A DNA stretch of 64,000 nucleotides, from the NCBI GenBank assembly GCA_030295235.1, contig AP026128.1, forward strand, positions 124,001 through 188,000, in the 5' to 3' direction. A model generated the notes under the pieces. That model was not told the origin of the DNA. It saw nothing but the letters and a program-made list of their open reading frames with translations, and searched no databases. Both the position numbers and the translations under genes were made by a program. The stretch comes from Fistulifera solaris. Its lineage: Eukaryota. This document shows, in pieces, positions 23,552 through 35,665 of this stretch; the first letter of the stretch is position 1; each line of letters opens with the position of its first letter.

Positions 23552-23970
23552 CTAGCTTCTTGTCTCTCTAAATCCTGACGCGATTTGGAACCACGAACTT
23601 TTCCAATAGATAGCACAGCCACTGTGATTGCATCGTCGCAGTAATAACTAAGGCTTTCGATGGTTTTTTGAACTTGATGGCAAAGCTCCCGAGTAGGCAC
23701 CATAATCACCGCTTCAATGCCCCCGGATGAGCTCTTTTTCGAAAGAATTTTATGCAAAGTGGGCAAAAGATAACCCAATGTTTTCCCCGATCCTGTTTTT
23801 GCCCGAATCAACAGATCTCTGCCCGACGAAATGGCCAAAGGAAGGCACTTGGATTGCACCAAGGTGGGCCGCGAGTGCCCTAGCCGAGCGACAGCCTTCT
23901 TGAGCCGGACATCTAAACCAACGGCGTCTGAGAGTGACGCGAAAGTCTGCTCTGGGTCCAGAATAGTCAT
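23552..23970 (-). pseudogene. DBP9: 5' fragment of DEAD-box helicase DBP9/DDX56
   Basis: Q motif (LG..RPTLVQSKCLP), AKTGSGKT, VPTRELCHQV and LSYYC are present. Homology stops at DLERQEA (CTAG at 23552-23555), before the DEAD motif. The rest of the gene is not in the window. Confidence 0.8.
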
Positions 23971-24035
23971 GGTGTATGTAGTTCAAGATGAGAATGATGA
24001 TAATGGATAATGGAACAAAACGAGTTTATTATTTA

Positions 24036-24206
24036 CTAGCCGCCTTCGGCGTCTAGCCCCTGCAGGGCTTTTTTTCGTTCTCGCCCTTCCCGCAAGCGGG
24101 GGCTCGATCCCCGGGGATAGCGTCACACCCGGGACTGAACAACCGGGACCGACGTGACACACACACACACACACGGACAGCGCGCTATTATAAATAGATA
24201 GATAGA
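24036..24206 (-). mobile_element. Non-autonomous Helitron (171 bp core)
   Basis: On the minus strand: 5' A|TCTATCTATCTATTTATAATAG, a (GT)n microsatellite near the 5' end, 3' hairpins AGCCC-TGCAG-GGGCT and CGCC-GAA-GGCG, terminal CTAG|T. No target-site duplication, A|T flanks. Confidence 0.75.
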
Positions 24207-24302
24207 TATCATTCAACCCTCATTCCTTTGCTTGTCTTCTTCTTGTTTCTCTCGTTCTATTATCATCTCACATTCATGCCTATATGAAAGAAATCCTTCA
24301 TA

Positions 24303-26247
24303 ATGCTGCAAGGACGGGGCTTCATTCGTTCCTCCTACGTTCATTTTGCGTCCCGAAGGAGTAAACGGCTTCGATGCTCGGCCCATCACTATTGTCAAAA
24401 GGCTCCTTCTATCTCTTCTTGCTCCTTTGTATACCTAGAAAACCCTCGGGGCTTTACGTCGTCCACTCCAGTAGTACAAGATACAACAGATACTTCCAAA
24501 CAATCTACCAACAATAATCTTTTTTCATTATTGAACGAACACGAACGAACCTTGCTGCAAGCGCAAAGAGACATTACCGACCGCGCTCGAGCCCTCGCAC
24601 ACCGCGTGGGCATCACCATCTCCAACGATCACACGGTGTTGGAAGAATTGGCGACATTTTCTGTTGTCGTGGCGGGAGAATACAATGCGGGGAAATCTTC
24701 GTTGATCAATGCTCTCATCCAGGAACCGCGGTTGCTCGCCACGGGGACCGTGCCGACGACCGATACCATTGCCATTCTGTCGGCGTCTCCGCCACCGGAG
24801 AACTGGGATCCTTCCGTCCAGTATCATTATTTACCGCACAATGCGTTCCTACAAGACTTGACGTTGGTCGATACACCGGGGACGAATGCGATTCTCACAC
24901 ACCATACGGCACAAACCCTGCGACTCTTGCCTTCGGCCGACTGGATTCTCTTTGTCACGTCGGCGGATCGTCCCTTGTCGGAATCGGAACGACAATTACT
25001 GGAAGTCATGGCCCAGGATTACCGAAAATCCATCGTTTTGGTCATTAACAAGATGGATATTTTAGACCGTGCCGGGGGATGGCACGGAGCGGAAGAAAAA
25101 CAAAAGGTCGTGGATTTTGTGCAAACCAACGTGGCCAGTTTGCTCGGGGCACGGCCCATGGTGATACCGGTTTCGGCCCACATTCCGAGTCAAGTCGCGG
25201 TCTTGTCCCAATTTTTGCAAGAAACACTGTCGCATCACACCAAAATCCAATCGAAACTCACCAGTCCGTTGGGTGTGGCCGAACAATGGGTCCACCAATG
25301 TTTGGAACACGTCACCACGGAGCGACAGGCCTTGCGCGATCATGCGATAACACTGCAGTTGGTGCAAAGTCACGTGGAAGGATGGAAGAAGGAATCGAAG
25401 AGTGAAATGGAATTGATTAAAATGCGGATGGGACGATATTTACGGACACAACAAGGGGATCGCGCTCATTTGTTTTTGCAGCGTTTAACAATGTGGCAAT
25501 TTTACCGTTTGGCCTATCAATTCGATCCGATGGCGTGGGATCGCACCGGTCCGTTGGCTAACAGTAAAAATTTTGTCAAGAGCCACGATCCCGCTCGCGA
25601 TGATTTACGGCAAATGGCCGACGAAGCGGCAGCGACGTTGGCCACGAAAACTCCGAGCCCAAGGCCAAGCCGTCATTGAGTTGCTGGGACATCGTGCAAC
25701 GTCCAATGCGCCATTTTCACTGGTGGGACACATTACGGCAGCATCGCGTTTCGAAGAAACGCACGAGCGAATTCGAGAACGACTGGAGCGAGTCTTGCAA
25801 CGAACCATTCATGATGAAGAAAAAACCGATTCCTACGGAGAATTCTTTCAACGTACACTTTCTCGCTTGGCTATGGGATCGATCGGCTGGAATGCGTTGT
25901 CTCTTGCTGCCAGTTTGTGGTATTGGGATTTACAAATATTCGGAATGGCCAGTGCGAGTGTCGCGGCGGGTACCGCCGTACTGTTTAGCGGTCGCTCCCA
26001 TGCCGCCCAACACTACGCCAAGATCTGGCACAATAAGGCGGATCAGTTGGAACAGGATTTGCAGACGGTTTGGGAGGAAGAATTGGAGCGTCTGGAACGT
26101 CAAATGGTCCAAGGCATCGCTCCCTTTCAACGATTTGTACAGGCCGAAGAAGAACGTTTGAATGAATTACAAACCGAAGCGGAAAGTATTTTACATGCTT
26201 CACAGAAACTGCGATACCAAGTGAGCCAAGAAGCACCGAAAGAATAA
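24303..26247 (+). CDS. FZL/bacterial-dynamin-like GTPase with two C-terminal hydrophobic segments; one frameshift near 25650
   Basis: G1 VAGEYNAGKSSLINAL, G2 GTVPTT, G3 LVDTPGTN, FVTSADRPLSESE, G4 VINKMD. The C-terminal helical/TM part continues in ORF 25573..26247. Confidence 0.85.
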
Positions 26248-26665
26248 AGAAGGAATAGGTTGGGATAGGCATTTCGGCTTTTGCTTACTTAATCAGTACC
26301 GGTGCGAGTTCAGGTTATATGAAGAACCATTTTTTCGTCTTCCTTCGTTGAAAGACAACAACAACAACAATAATAACGATGGAACGATACCAGGTACACA
26401 ATGACAAGGGCCATCCTAATTCATGTTTCTTCCTTCTTGAAAGCGATCTACAACATGGGAAACGACTGCTTTCGAGCTGATGCCGTTTTTTGCACCGTTT
26501 TTGATTCGTGGAAACGATTGGAAACGGACCGAAAAAAACGGGACTTGTCATTCTTTCGTTACCCACAAATCGTGGATGTCCACGGAATTGAAATTCTGGG
26601 CCGTGTTGATTGATTTATTCTCACAAATCGCCACATCGTGCGCCATTCGTGTGACATACATTGCA

Positions 26666-27145
26666 ATGACCTCGACCATGACATTCGGTCTTTCGGAGGA
26701 CACATCCTTGACCGACGTTGACATGCTCTTTTTCTTTTCGACGCTCAACGACGTTGGTCCCTTTGCCAACCTGTTAGACGACGACGACGAAGATGATGAA
26801 GTAGAAGAGTATGCCTTTTTGACCCGCGGTGTGTTGCAGCACCGCACTTTCACCATTCCTCCCCGAGACAACTCGACAACGACCAACGTCTCGGCCATGT
26901 CTATTGGGTCGACCGATTACGAAGAATACGAACGCTTGTTGGATGACGGTCGTCCCATTGCACAACCTTCTCGTGAACGGTTTGACCCCCGCATTTGCAC
27001 GATCCGTATCACGACGCAAGTCGAGGTTACGATCGCCAACAATGGTGTCGTGACGCTTTACAACGATCAGGAGTTGCTGACATTTTGTGCCGCCTTGACA
27101 GAATACGATGCCTCGTGGATCTTTTTACATTTGCGCGCCAGATGA
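26666..27145 (+). CDS. Hypothetical acidic protein
   Basis: ATG ORF of about 159 aa with an acidic tract. No recognisable domain. Confidence 0.35.
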   Translation: MTSTMTFGLSEDTSLTDVDMLFFFSTLNDVGPFANLLDDDDEDDEVEEYAFLTRGVLQHRTFTIPPRDNSTTTNVSAMSIGSTDYEEYERLLDDGRPIAQPSRERFDPRICTIRITTQVEVTIANNGVVTLYNDQELLTFCAALTEYDASWIFLHLRAR

Positions 27146-27731
27146 AATGGCCGTGGTGGTGACGAGTAGTACCGTCGAAGAAACCTTGCGGTATCTCTTG
27201 TCGTCGACGAATGAGTCTTGAGTCAGTCCAGATATTGGGGGATAGTCAAGAGAATAGAAATAATCAAAGAACTAGATGTTAGAATGAGTTATGAGGGGCG
27301 CATACGATGTAGTTCTACCTTAAAAAGTCCGTAATGCACTTTTTTAGGGCTAACAGGCGCTGGATTGCTAGATCATTAATCGTGGTTTAACACGACTCAC
27401 AATAAGTAGTCATGAGTTGCGTAGCATAATAAAGCAGTTTTTCTTGTGTCACACACGTACGACACCAGTTGGATTTAGGTTCAAAAAGCATACAAAATGT
27501 AATTTAACTACATCAACTTTCCTTGATAAACACGGTAGGGAGGTTCCGTACCTTCAACCACTTTGAATCGATTGCTCTTTAAAGTCCACTCTCGGAACAA
27601 GTAAGTGGTTTGATATGATTGTCAAAACGAATGTTTGTTTAGCATTATTGGTGCTAATGTCGTCAGGTAGCCTTAGAAAAGGTTTGGGATACGGCAAAAC
27701 AAATCCTTACCCTAGCCCGAACCACATAGAC

Positions 27732-28639
27732 TCAAGAACCAGCAGGGGTCGGCTGTCTCTCCCTTATCATTTGGATAGTAAAGATACCAGCCACAGCGGG
27801 AACGACTATACCAAGGATACTCAGCGTCACGACTGCTGCGTCGGAAAGACCCTCATCATCATCGTCACCATCACTTCCACCGCTGCCTTCTCTTGGAACA
27901 ACCGGTGAAGGAGGGGAAGGCACAACAGGTGCTACTGACGGCCGAGCAACCACAACCGGTGTTACCGTAGGAGGGAAGGTATAACCGGTAGCAGACGGAG
28001 GAAAAAAGACAAGTGGTGCTCCCACAGGAGGTGAAGGACCAACCGGTGCTACCGGCAGAGGAGAAAACGCAACCGGTGCTATAGGCACTAGCACTGGTGC
28101 AGCAACAGGAGCTTTTACCGGACTAGCGACAGGGGCTGCGACCGGCAAAATTACAGGAGCTGCAACAGGGGCTCCCCCGGCTGGACAAAGTTCCACGCAG
28201 AGTTGCGAGACATCAAAGATATTAACTCGCGGACAGGGGCATCCGTTTGGCTGGTCGGAGCAGCTGTCAGTGCACCCATCGACGTAACAGTCAGCAACGG
28301 AGCTACATGTTGAGCTTTCCAACGTGTAAGGTCCGTTGCACTGGTGGTTACTCTGAAAGTGAAATCCTGGCCGCCGCCGCACAAATTCGGGCAGTAAATT
28401 TGATCGATAGGAGTGGTAGTTGAGGCATCATGATTTCCTTGGTATTCGCATCCTTGAGGCGTTGCTAGCAAGGGGATAGTATGACGGAGTTGACGGGCGC
28501 TCCGTTTGAAAGCAATACTCGCTTTCCATTTCTCGAACAGCGTCTCGTCTACACCCGCGTACCCTAGGGATGAAAAGGAGAATTGGGAGGCTTCGACGGC
28601 AATGAACCAAGTTAGAAGGATGGTTGCAAATGCTTTCAT
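27732..28639 (-). CDS. Type I membrane protein: signal peptide, Cys-rich domain, APV/Pro-rich stalk, TM; one frameshift near 28362
   Basis: MKAFATILLTWFIAVEA... joins ORF 27732..28382, which has a Cys-rich segment, APVAAPV repeats and TM AAVVTLSILGIVVPAVAGIFTI. Confidence 0.7.
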
Positions 28640-29019
28640 TGCTTCCGATTCTCGTCTTGTTAAAAGGGAAAAAGGATAGGGTAGCAACAATTCCCGTAGT
28701 TTGTGGGCAAGTGAAAAGATGAATGACAATCTTGTTTGAACATGGCGATTATGCGGATTCAGGCTTACCAGGTACCGGTACCGTACCGGTACGTCTGGGG
28801 GCTGGGAGGCTGGAAGATCCGGAATCGTGAGTAAAATTATACACGGGTCTCGTTATGATCGTTAATTTCGCGCGTGCACAGCACGCCCGCCAAACCCTCA
28901 ATACCGGTCAGACACATTCGCCAAATAGTACAGTTTATGTCATAATCGTTCTTACAATTACTACTGTAAAGTCACACGAAAACTTAGCACAATCCACAAA
29001 TAGTTCGCACAATGCACAA

Positions 29020-29700
29020 TTTTTTTTTTTAACATATAATATTATTCCTAATTTTTTAATAGACAGAATCTAATCTTGACATTCGACTGAATTTTCCATT
29101 TTTCATTCACATATATTTCAGTCTGACACTTCTCTGAGTAAGCTTTGGTTCTAACTCTCTAGCCTCAGTGCGCTAGTAGAGGGCCAGTCCCGAGCCCGTT
29201 TTCCAATGAGGGGGATTCCGTTTTGGCATTCCTTCTCTTGGATTTCGCAGAAGCATACTAACTGACCTGACCAGGGAAAGACTCATGCACGCCCGGATGA
29301 AGCCATAGATCTCGGAGTATGGCTTGTTCCACTTCCGCTGAAGTTTTCTTGCAAGCTGTCTCGATGCTGAAATAGCCTGTTGTCCCATCATTCCGTCAAT
29401 GGAAAAGACCAGGGGAGTGAAGTCTCGTCTGCGTTCGTGGCAAGGGGGGTCCGTACATGCTACGCTTTTCACGCTCCTGAGAAGCCAGAACCTTAATCGG
29501 GTCACGGTTTCTGTATGACTGTGCGTCGGTGTCAGTAACTCGGACATCGAAAATGGTCGTTCGTCTCTCATTCCAAAAGCCATAGGCTGAAACATCTCCT
29601 CGAAGTTCTTGAACCTGTGTACTGTTGTTGCTGATGCCAAATGTGTGAATGGTAGGCTCATCGCGAACAGTCGCACTACGTATTAGTTTCGCCTTTGAAT
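29020..29700 (-). mobile_element. 5'-truncated non-LTR retrotransposon with restriction-like endonuclease C-terminus (CRE-clade-like) and A11 tail
   Basis: VRDEP...RGDVSAYGFW...IFDVRVTDTDAQSY...EREKRSMY / C.ERRRDFTPLVFSIDG..G...LARKL..KW.KPYS....IRACMSLSLVR. Stop at 29173, about 140 nt of 3' UTR, then T11 at 29020-29030 on the plus strand. Confidence 0.8.
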
Positions 29701-29906
29701 GACACGCCAAGGAACACTATACAAAGTAGTACTCTAATGTAGCTCGGAGTGCCAGTAGGGCTTGAAACTGTTTTAGCACGTTTTCGTTTTTTTTCCCTTG
29801 CGGTCAACGTGAATGCTAGAGATGCATTCTTATTTAGCATGTTAATTAGTAATATCTTTTGAATCTTTCATGAGCAATAATGGAATAGAATACAGCAATA
29901 TCATTC

Positions 29907-32885
29907 ATGGATTCAATCATACACCAATTTTGTGCGGAACAACGGGAATTGTTGCAACAGGAATTGTTACAATCCGAAACATCCCAGCAGGAGCAACAAA
30001 ATGTGTTGCACGGGTTACAAGTTCACGATTTATCGGTGGGATTGTACGGACGCACGATTGTTTGCCTCAGTAAGCACACACAGTTACCGGCGCATCGATT
30101 TACGACGGGAGATGAAGTTGAAATTCGTGGCAGAAATAGTACTTCGACCGTTGGTGGTGTCATTCATCACGTCACCGAGGAAACCATTTCGGTGGCGTTG
30201 TATAATACAACAACTACTTCTAAGAAAAGCAGCACCAAAGACACGGCGAGTAATGACGATGACGAGGAAGATGTCGTAGGATCACCCCCGTTTTCCCTTT
30301 TGCCGAAAAGTTCGATCGAAGTGCATCAAAAATTAGTGAATGCCTTACAAGAACTCGAACAGCACGGAATCGATCATCCGGTCGCGGGGACCGTCATTCA
30401 AACAGTCTTTGCACCGACGACGAATTTATCAACGAATACCACCACGCCTATACAACCAGCCACACACTTGGACGACAGTCAACGTGAAGCAATTCAAATG
30501 GCCTTGCACAACCTTTGGCCTTGTTGCATGGGCCACCGGGGAGTGGGAAAACCACGACGGTCGTCGAACTCATTCGGCAAGCTGTTTTGACTCACAAGTA
30601 TCGTGTTTTGGTGACGGCACCGAGCCATGTGGCGGTTGATCAAATTCTGTCGCGTCTCGTCGAGAAACAACCACAACAAACCAAATTGCAAGTGGTAAGA
30701 TTGGGACATCCAGCACGGTTGCAGGCGGATCTACTGCCGTACAGCCTGGAGGCTTTAGTCCAAGCGGCGGAAGGCACGGAAATTGTGCAAGATGTCCGAC
30801 ACGAACTTCAGACATGGTTGCGACGTGTCAATCGTCCCCAAACGAAATACGCCGACAAAGTTACCGCACGAAGGGAAATGAAATTATTGCGACAAGAAAT
30901 TAAACAGCGAGAACAAAAAGTGGTGCGCGATTTATTCCAACGCGCGAGCGTAGTGCTGACGACTTGTGTCGGAGCCGCCAATCGTTTGCTGTCCAAGAAT
31001 ACCTACGATAGACCGTTCGATTTGGTTATTATTGATGAAGCGGCACAATCGTTGGAGGCGGCTTGTTGGATTCCGATATTGCGAGGATCGCGATTGGTCT
31101 TGGCGGGAGATCATTGCCAATTGCCACCCACCATTCAATGTAATGATCCTCGTGTCCAACAAAAACTAGGTCATACGATGTTTGCCAGGATTATGAAACT
31201 CTACGAAACCAATCCGCAGCAAATATCACGAATGCTCAAAGTGCAATATCGGATGCATGAGACCATTGCGAACTGGGCCAGTGAAGCCTTGTATCATGGT
31301 GAGTTGACCACGCACTCGACTGCACAAGGACGGACCTTGGCGACTCTACCCGGTGTTTCACTGCAAGATGACGACGAAAAAGAGTTGGCGCAAATGCCTC
31401 TGTTATTGATCGATACGGCGGGTTGTGACTGCTACGAAAGCACCAATGCTGCAGGATCGCGATTCAATTCAGGGGAAGCCCACATTGTGCAGCAACATGT
31501 ACGACGACTACTGGACATGGGAGTACCGGCGTCGCAGATTGCAGTCATTACTCCATACAATGGACAAGTCGAAGTACTGAAAAATATGGACATGCCCGTG
31601 GAAATACGGACGGTCGATGGCTTTCAAGGAGGAGAGCGGGAGGCGGTCGTTTTGAGTTTAGTCCGCAGTAGTCCCGAAAAGGGATCTTCGATTGGTTTCT
31701 TGCGCGATGATCGTCGATTGAATGTGGCCGTCACTCGAGCCAAACGACACTGTTGTGTCGTGGCGGATTCGGAAACAGTATCATCGAGTCCGTTTGTCAA
31801 GAATCTCATTGAATGGATTGAACAACATGGTGAACAGCGTTCTGGTATGGATTACATGACGGATGACACAAATACTCAACTTGGTCAGGATTTGCTTAAG
31901 GCACAACTCGAATTGCAGCAATATTTACAATCTGGCGCAAGCACACAAAATGGCGACAAGAAAAAGAAGGCCGCTTACGCCGGTTTGGTTAACAATAAGA
32001 AGGACAAGGTGACATCCGCCGCGGAACGCAACGCTTTACTTGAAAGAATTCGCACTTTTCACAACACTGGCAAGGCCGGTGATATACTTTCACTAAGCAA
32101 AGACCTCTCCAAGGGGAGACCGACATGCAGTGCATGAGCTTGCCGAAGAATTAGGCCTTGTACATATCAGTTCTGGCACCGAAGGCATTGATCGGCGGAT
32201 GACTGTGTCTATTCCTTTACTTGAATCGAATGCATCAATTCCGCTACCTGAGCGAAATATAACCGGTGATATCCCTTCAGCTGAACACTCTGAACAACAT
32301 AATATTGATACAACTCCTGTCGCTGTCGATGATGTGGATGAGACCGATGGTCACGAGCCCACAAAGTCAACGACTCCTCCTGCGTTTCACGTTCTGCAAG
32401 GAGATAACGACGATGAATCCGCGTCGGAGGATGAAAAGCCAACCACACCTGTCGAAGCTCCAATAACTATGAATCCACTAGGTTTGCTAGCAAAGGAACG
32501 CGAGCAGCGAGAAAAGGACCGTAAAGCACAGCAAAACGCTGGCACAGTCACTGGCAACAAAACCGGCAAGAAGACGAAAAACGGAAAGAAAGTCGGGAGT
32601 TCGATTACTTTGAAGCAACGCGATAACAAGGATGACAACGCGGATGAAAATATAGAAGATGACATGGCCTTTCTGGACGCCCAGATCAACAAAGTGCAAA
32701 ACTCTCATGGTCGTACAGTAATAGGAAAAGGATCGAACTATCGTACAATCGTGAATGGGATTCTCTTAGCAAAACCCACACCAGTCGAAAAGAAAAGTAA
32801 TCCTCGCGCTGCCTCAGCGTTACAAGCAAAGCTGAAACAAGCCGAAAACAATCGCAAAGCGAAGCCAAAGCCGAAAAAGAAGTAA
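29907..32885 (+). CDS. IGHMBP2: SF1 helicase IGHMBP2/SMUBP-2 (Hcs1-like) with R3H domain; frameshifts near 30515 and 32115
   Basis: GLYGRT..LPAHRFTTGD, HGPPGSGKTTT, VRLGHPAR, IIDEAAQSLE, LAGDHCQLPPT, QYRMH, TVDGFQGGERE, RRLNVAVTRAK. R3H: (D)RHAVHELAEELGLVHISSG. Confidence 0.9.
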
Positions 32886-32980
32886 ATCAAAGATTGACTA
32901 ACGACCCTGTTGCCTAAATTTGTATTTACATATACATTCGTTGGAGAGCACCGTTCGCAAAAATGCATCGTGCTCTTGGC

Positions 32981-34516
32981 CTATGAAGACTCACTCTTCA
33001 CTTTTGGTTGTTTCCATCGTTGCTCCATTCGATCCGCTCGGCCCATCCCCCACGCCGCTACGACGCAGGGTGCAATCAGCGCGGTGTAAATCATATTCGT
33101 GATAAAGAAATCGCCATCATGTTTTTGAATGGCAAATCGCGCCATGGGAATATTGAGAAACGACGCGATTCCCGATATCATATACAATAACCCCGACATA
33201 CGTCCCACCATGTCCGCCGAAAGCAAGGTGGGCAAATAGGAAAATGTCACACCGAAGAAGAAGGATCGATAAAAGGAAAACAAAACAAAGCCGAGTATTT
33301 GGACATTGAGATTGGTACTGCTCACCCGGATTATCAGGGAACCCAACGATAACAAGTTAATAAATTGAAAGGCACCGGGATATCCGAATTTCCGTAACGC
33401 CCAATCCACTGCCGGTGTCCCTACCAGTGACACGGGTGTCAGCAAGGTAAAAATACTCAAATACCGATTGTCCAAAGCGTCATCTCCCAGATGCGCCAAG
33501 AAATCACGCGTGGTGGTCAAGGTCCACAAATTAATGCCAACTTGAATACCGAAAAAGATGATTAATAGTAAAGTCGGATACGCCATCAATTGTTGCGTCG
33601 GTGACCGTAATGCGACCAACACGTAATCTGGTTCGGCCGAATCGGTAGTAGTTGTTGTAGCACTGGGTGGTTTCGGACGAATCATCGTCGTATGTTGGGT
33701 ATTTCCGTCGTCTATGCCTTGTCGTTGACGACTCATTTCTGTTTCATCCGTCGGTAACGATGCATTCTCTTCTTCTGTTTCTTCTTCCGGCACGGCGACA
33801 TACCAAAAATACAATCCGGGCACGAACAAAAGGATAGCAATGCCCAGATATACACTCAACACTTGCTGGAGTGTCAAACCAGCATATTCCGATAAAGACC
33901 ACAAAATCCAGTACGTCATGGCACTGGAATCAAACAAGGCATTGAGAACAATAATGACACGATTCCGCAGGTTGCCTTGAAAATACATGCCCGCCGGAAC
34001 CATTAACAATCCTCCACACCACGATCCCAAGGCCAACAGAATGAATCCGACATATACGAGATGGTCCGATAAATCGAATTCCAGTGTCATCATCAAAAGA
34101 AGAATTCCCGATAGTATAAATACGACGAGTAAAGCAAAGGTCGGAAACGGACCGTATTGATCCAACACAAATCCCCATACGGGTGCCGTGACTTGGGTCG
34201 CAGAAGCCACAAAATTAACTTGAATCAACTTGGTGGTTTGTTGTGTCTGACACTCCTCTGGAGAGCGACTATCTACTGGCGAACAACCAAAGATTCCCGC
34301 TTCTTCCAATAACAATTGCATCGGTCCCCATCCAAAAATCGCCCCGACAAAGAAGAACGTCGACACCACCGACAGGGCCAACAATCCGCGGCGATGGAAT
34401 TCGTCCTTCTTCATTCTTTCTCTCAAATTTGCTTTCTTTCCACGCCCCTCTCTATCCACGCAGCTACGTTCCAGATGCGTCATGTCACGAAGGTTGTGAA
34501 ATAATAATGATATCAT
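32981..34516 (-). CDS. MFS transporter (SLC43/FMP42-like)
   Basis: About 12 TM segments, GAIFGWGPMQLLL and LNALFDSS motifs. Start codon uncertain. Confidence 0.8.
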   Translation of the reverse strand: MISLLFHNLRDMTHLERSCVDREGRGKKANLRERMKKDEFHRRGLLALSVVSTFFFVGAIFGWGPMQLLLEEAGIFGCSPVDSRSPEECQTQQTTKLIQVNFVASATQVTAPVWGFVLDQYGPFPTFALLVVFILSGILLLMMTLEFDLSDHLVYVGFILLALGSWCGGLLMVPAGMYFQGNLRNRVIIVLNALFDSSAMTYWILWSLSEYAGLTLQQVLSVYLGIAILLFVPGLYFWYVAVPEEETEEENASLPTDETEMSRQRQGIDDGNTQHTTMIRPKPPSATTTTTDSAEPDYVLVALRSPTQQLMAYPTLLLIIFFGIQVGINLWTLTTTRDFLAHLGDDALDNRYLSIFTLLTPVSLVGTPAVDWALRKFGYPGAFQFINLLSLGSLIIRVSSTNLNVQILGFVLFSFYRSFFFGVTFSYLPTLLSADMVGRMSGLLYMISGIASFLNIPMARFAIQKHDGDFFITNMIYTALIAPCVVAAWGMGRADRMEQRWKQPKVKSESS

Positions 34517-34926
34517 TATTATTTCGATCTTGATCTCTCTTTTGCAACAAACTATGCTTCCTTCCGGTGGGGTGGAAGTTTTCTCCGCAAAAACGCGTTA
34601 CCGTCGCACCGGTAACCGATAAACGGGACTGCAGTACTCCATCCCGAATAATTATCCACCTAACGTTTCTGAAAGAAGCTAGCCTCCGCAAGGTGAACAT
34701 AGAAACTAGTCTCTAGATAGTCTAACTCTGAACTACTCGACAAAAATAGAAAAGAGCTGATAGTCATGATTGTCTCTTCATAAAACACCCGCGCTTTTTT
34801 GCCGCGTAAGGCTAACACTCGACCTGAACATAGACTAATGAGTTTTAACACAACACTCTTCACCATCATCATTGCGCTATATCTCTTTTTAATATTATTT
34901 TGTAAAATGCGCGCGGCAAAACGACT

Positions 34927-35211
34927 TCAATCCGACTTGTTGTTGCTAGTACTGCTCGTACTCGTAGTCGGCGCCACTGCCGCTTGACTGTTGGCCGCAC
35001 GCCGCACTTTTTTTGTATTCTTGTTCAAAGAATGATAGCGAAAGCAACAAGCCGCCCGATAAGAACGACAAGATGAGCATGTGAATGCGGGCGACATCGA
35101 ATAGGGCGGCGGTAAGACAGAGGAGCAACAAAAGGCAATGACCGTTCTCACAAACGGCAAAAGCATGACACCACCGCCCGGTTCCAAAATTTGGCTCATG
35201 AATGATGTCAT
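34927..35211 (-). CDS. Small ER membrane protein, Pkr1-like (V-ATPase assembly factor); 2 apparent frameshifts
   Basis: Reconstructed MTSFMSQILEPGGGVMLLPFVRTVIAF-LLLCLTAALFDVARIHMLILSFLSGGLLLSLSFFEQEY matches the Pkr1 pattern (S I..PG ... IH...LS.L..GL..S...F..E). Confidence 0.55.
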   Translation of the reverse strand: MTSFMSQILEPGGGVMLLPFVRTVIAFCCSSVLPPPYSMSPAFTCSSCRSYRAACCFRYHSLNKNTKKVRRAANSQAAVAPTTSTSSTSNNKSD

Positions 35212-35665
35212 CGTGTGTTGATGTTGTTTTAATGAATGAACAAGAAGAAAGACGAAAGAAAAGGAACGATGGTGTTGTCGATTTTGTTGTGGTGAAAGGA
35301 ATGCGAGTGCGAAGGAAGAACAACAAAAGACGCGGCTGGCGCTGCAACGGACAAAAGAATGAAGCAACGGTCAAAAGGGAACAACGGTCCTTTTTTCTCG
35401 TCTGTCTGTCTGTACACGAAACGCAGAACCATAAACAGGACAGACGGACAGTTGAGAATTTGATGGACGCGATCGATCGCAATAATCGCAAGGCGACGAC
35501 GATGATGTTGTTGTTCTTCTCGCCTATCAATCATACCTAGTTCTCATCTTTGCCATATAAAATCAATTAATATAATTGAAACAGCGAGAGCAGCCTTCGA
35601 GTGCTCTATACAAGCGCAAGGGCTCGGAGAGAGACATCCATGAATCAACACTTCTGAAAAACGTC

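Noticed and set aside
24055..24076. Hairpin plus T-tract resembling a rho-independent terminator
   Set aside because: The DNA is eukaryotic, and the hairpin is better explained as the Helitron 3' subterminal palindrome.
29005..29730. Target-site duplication around the LINE fragment
   Set aside because: Only a 4-bp ACAA match was found, which is not significant.
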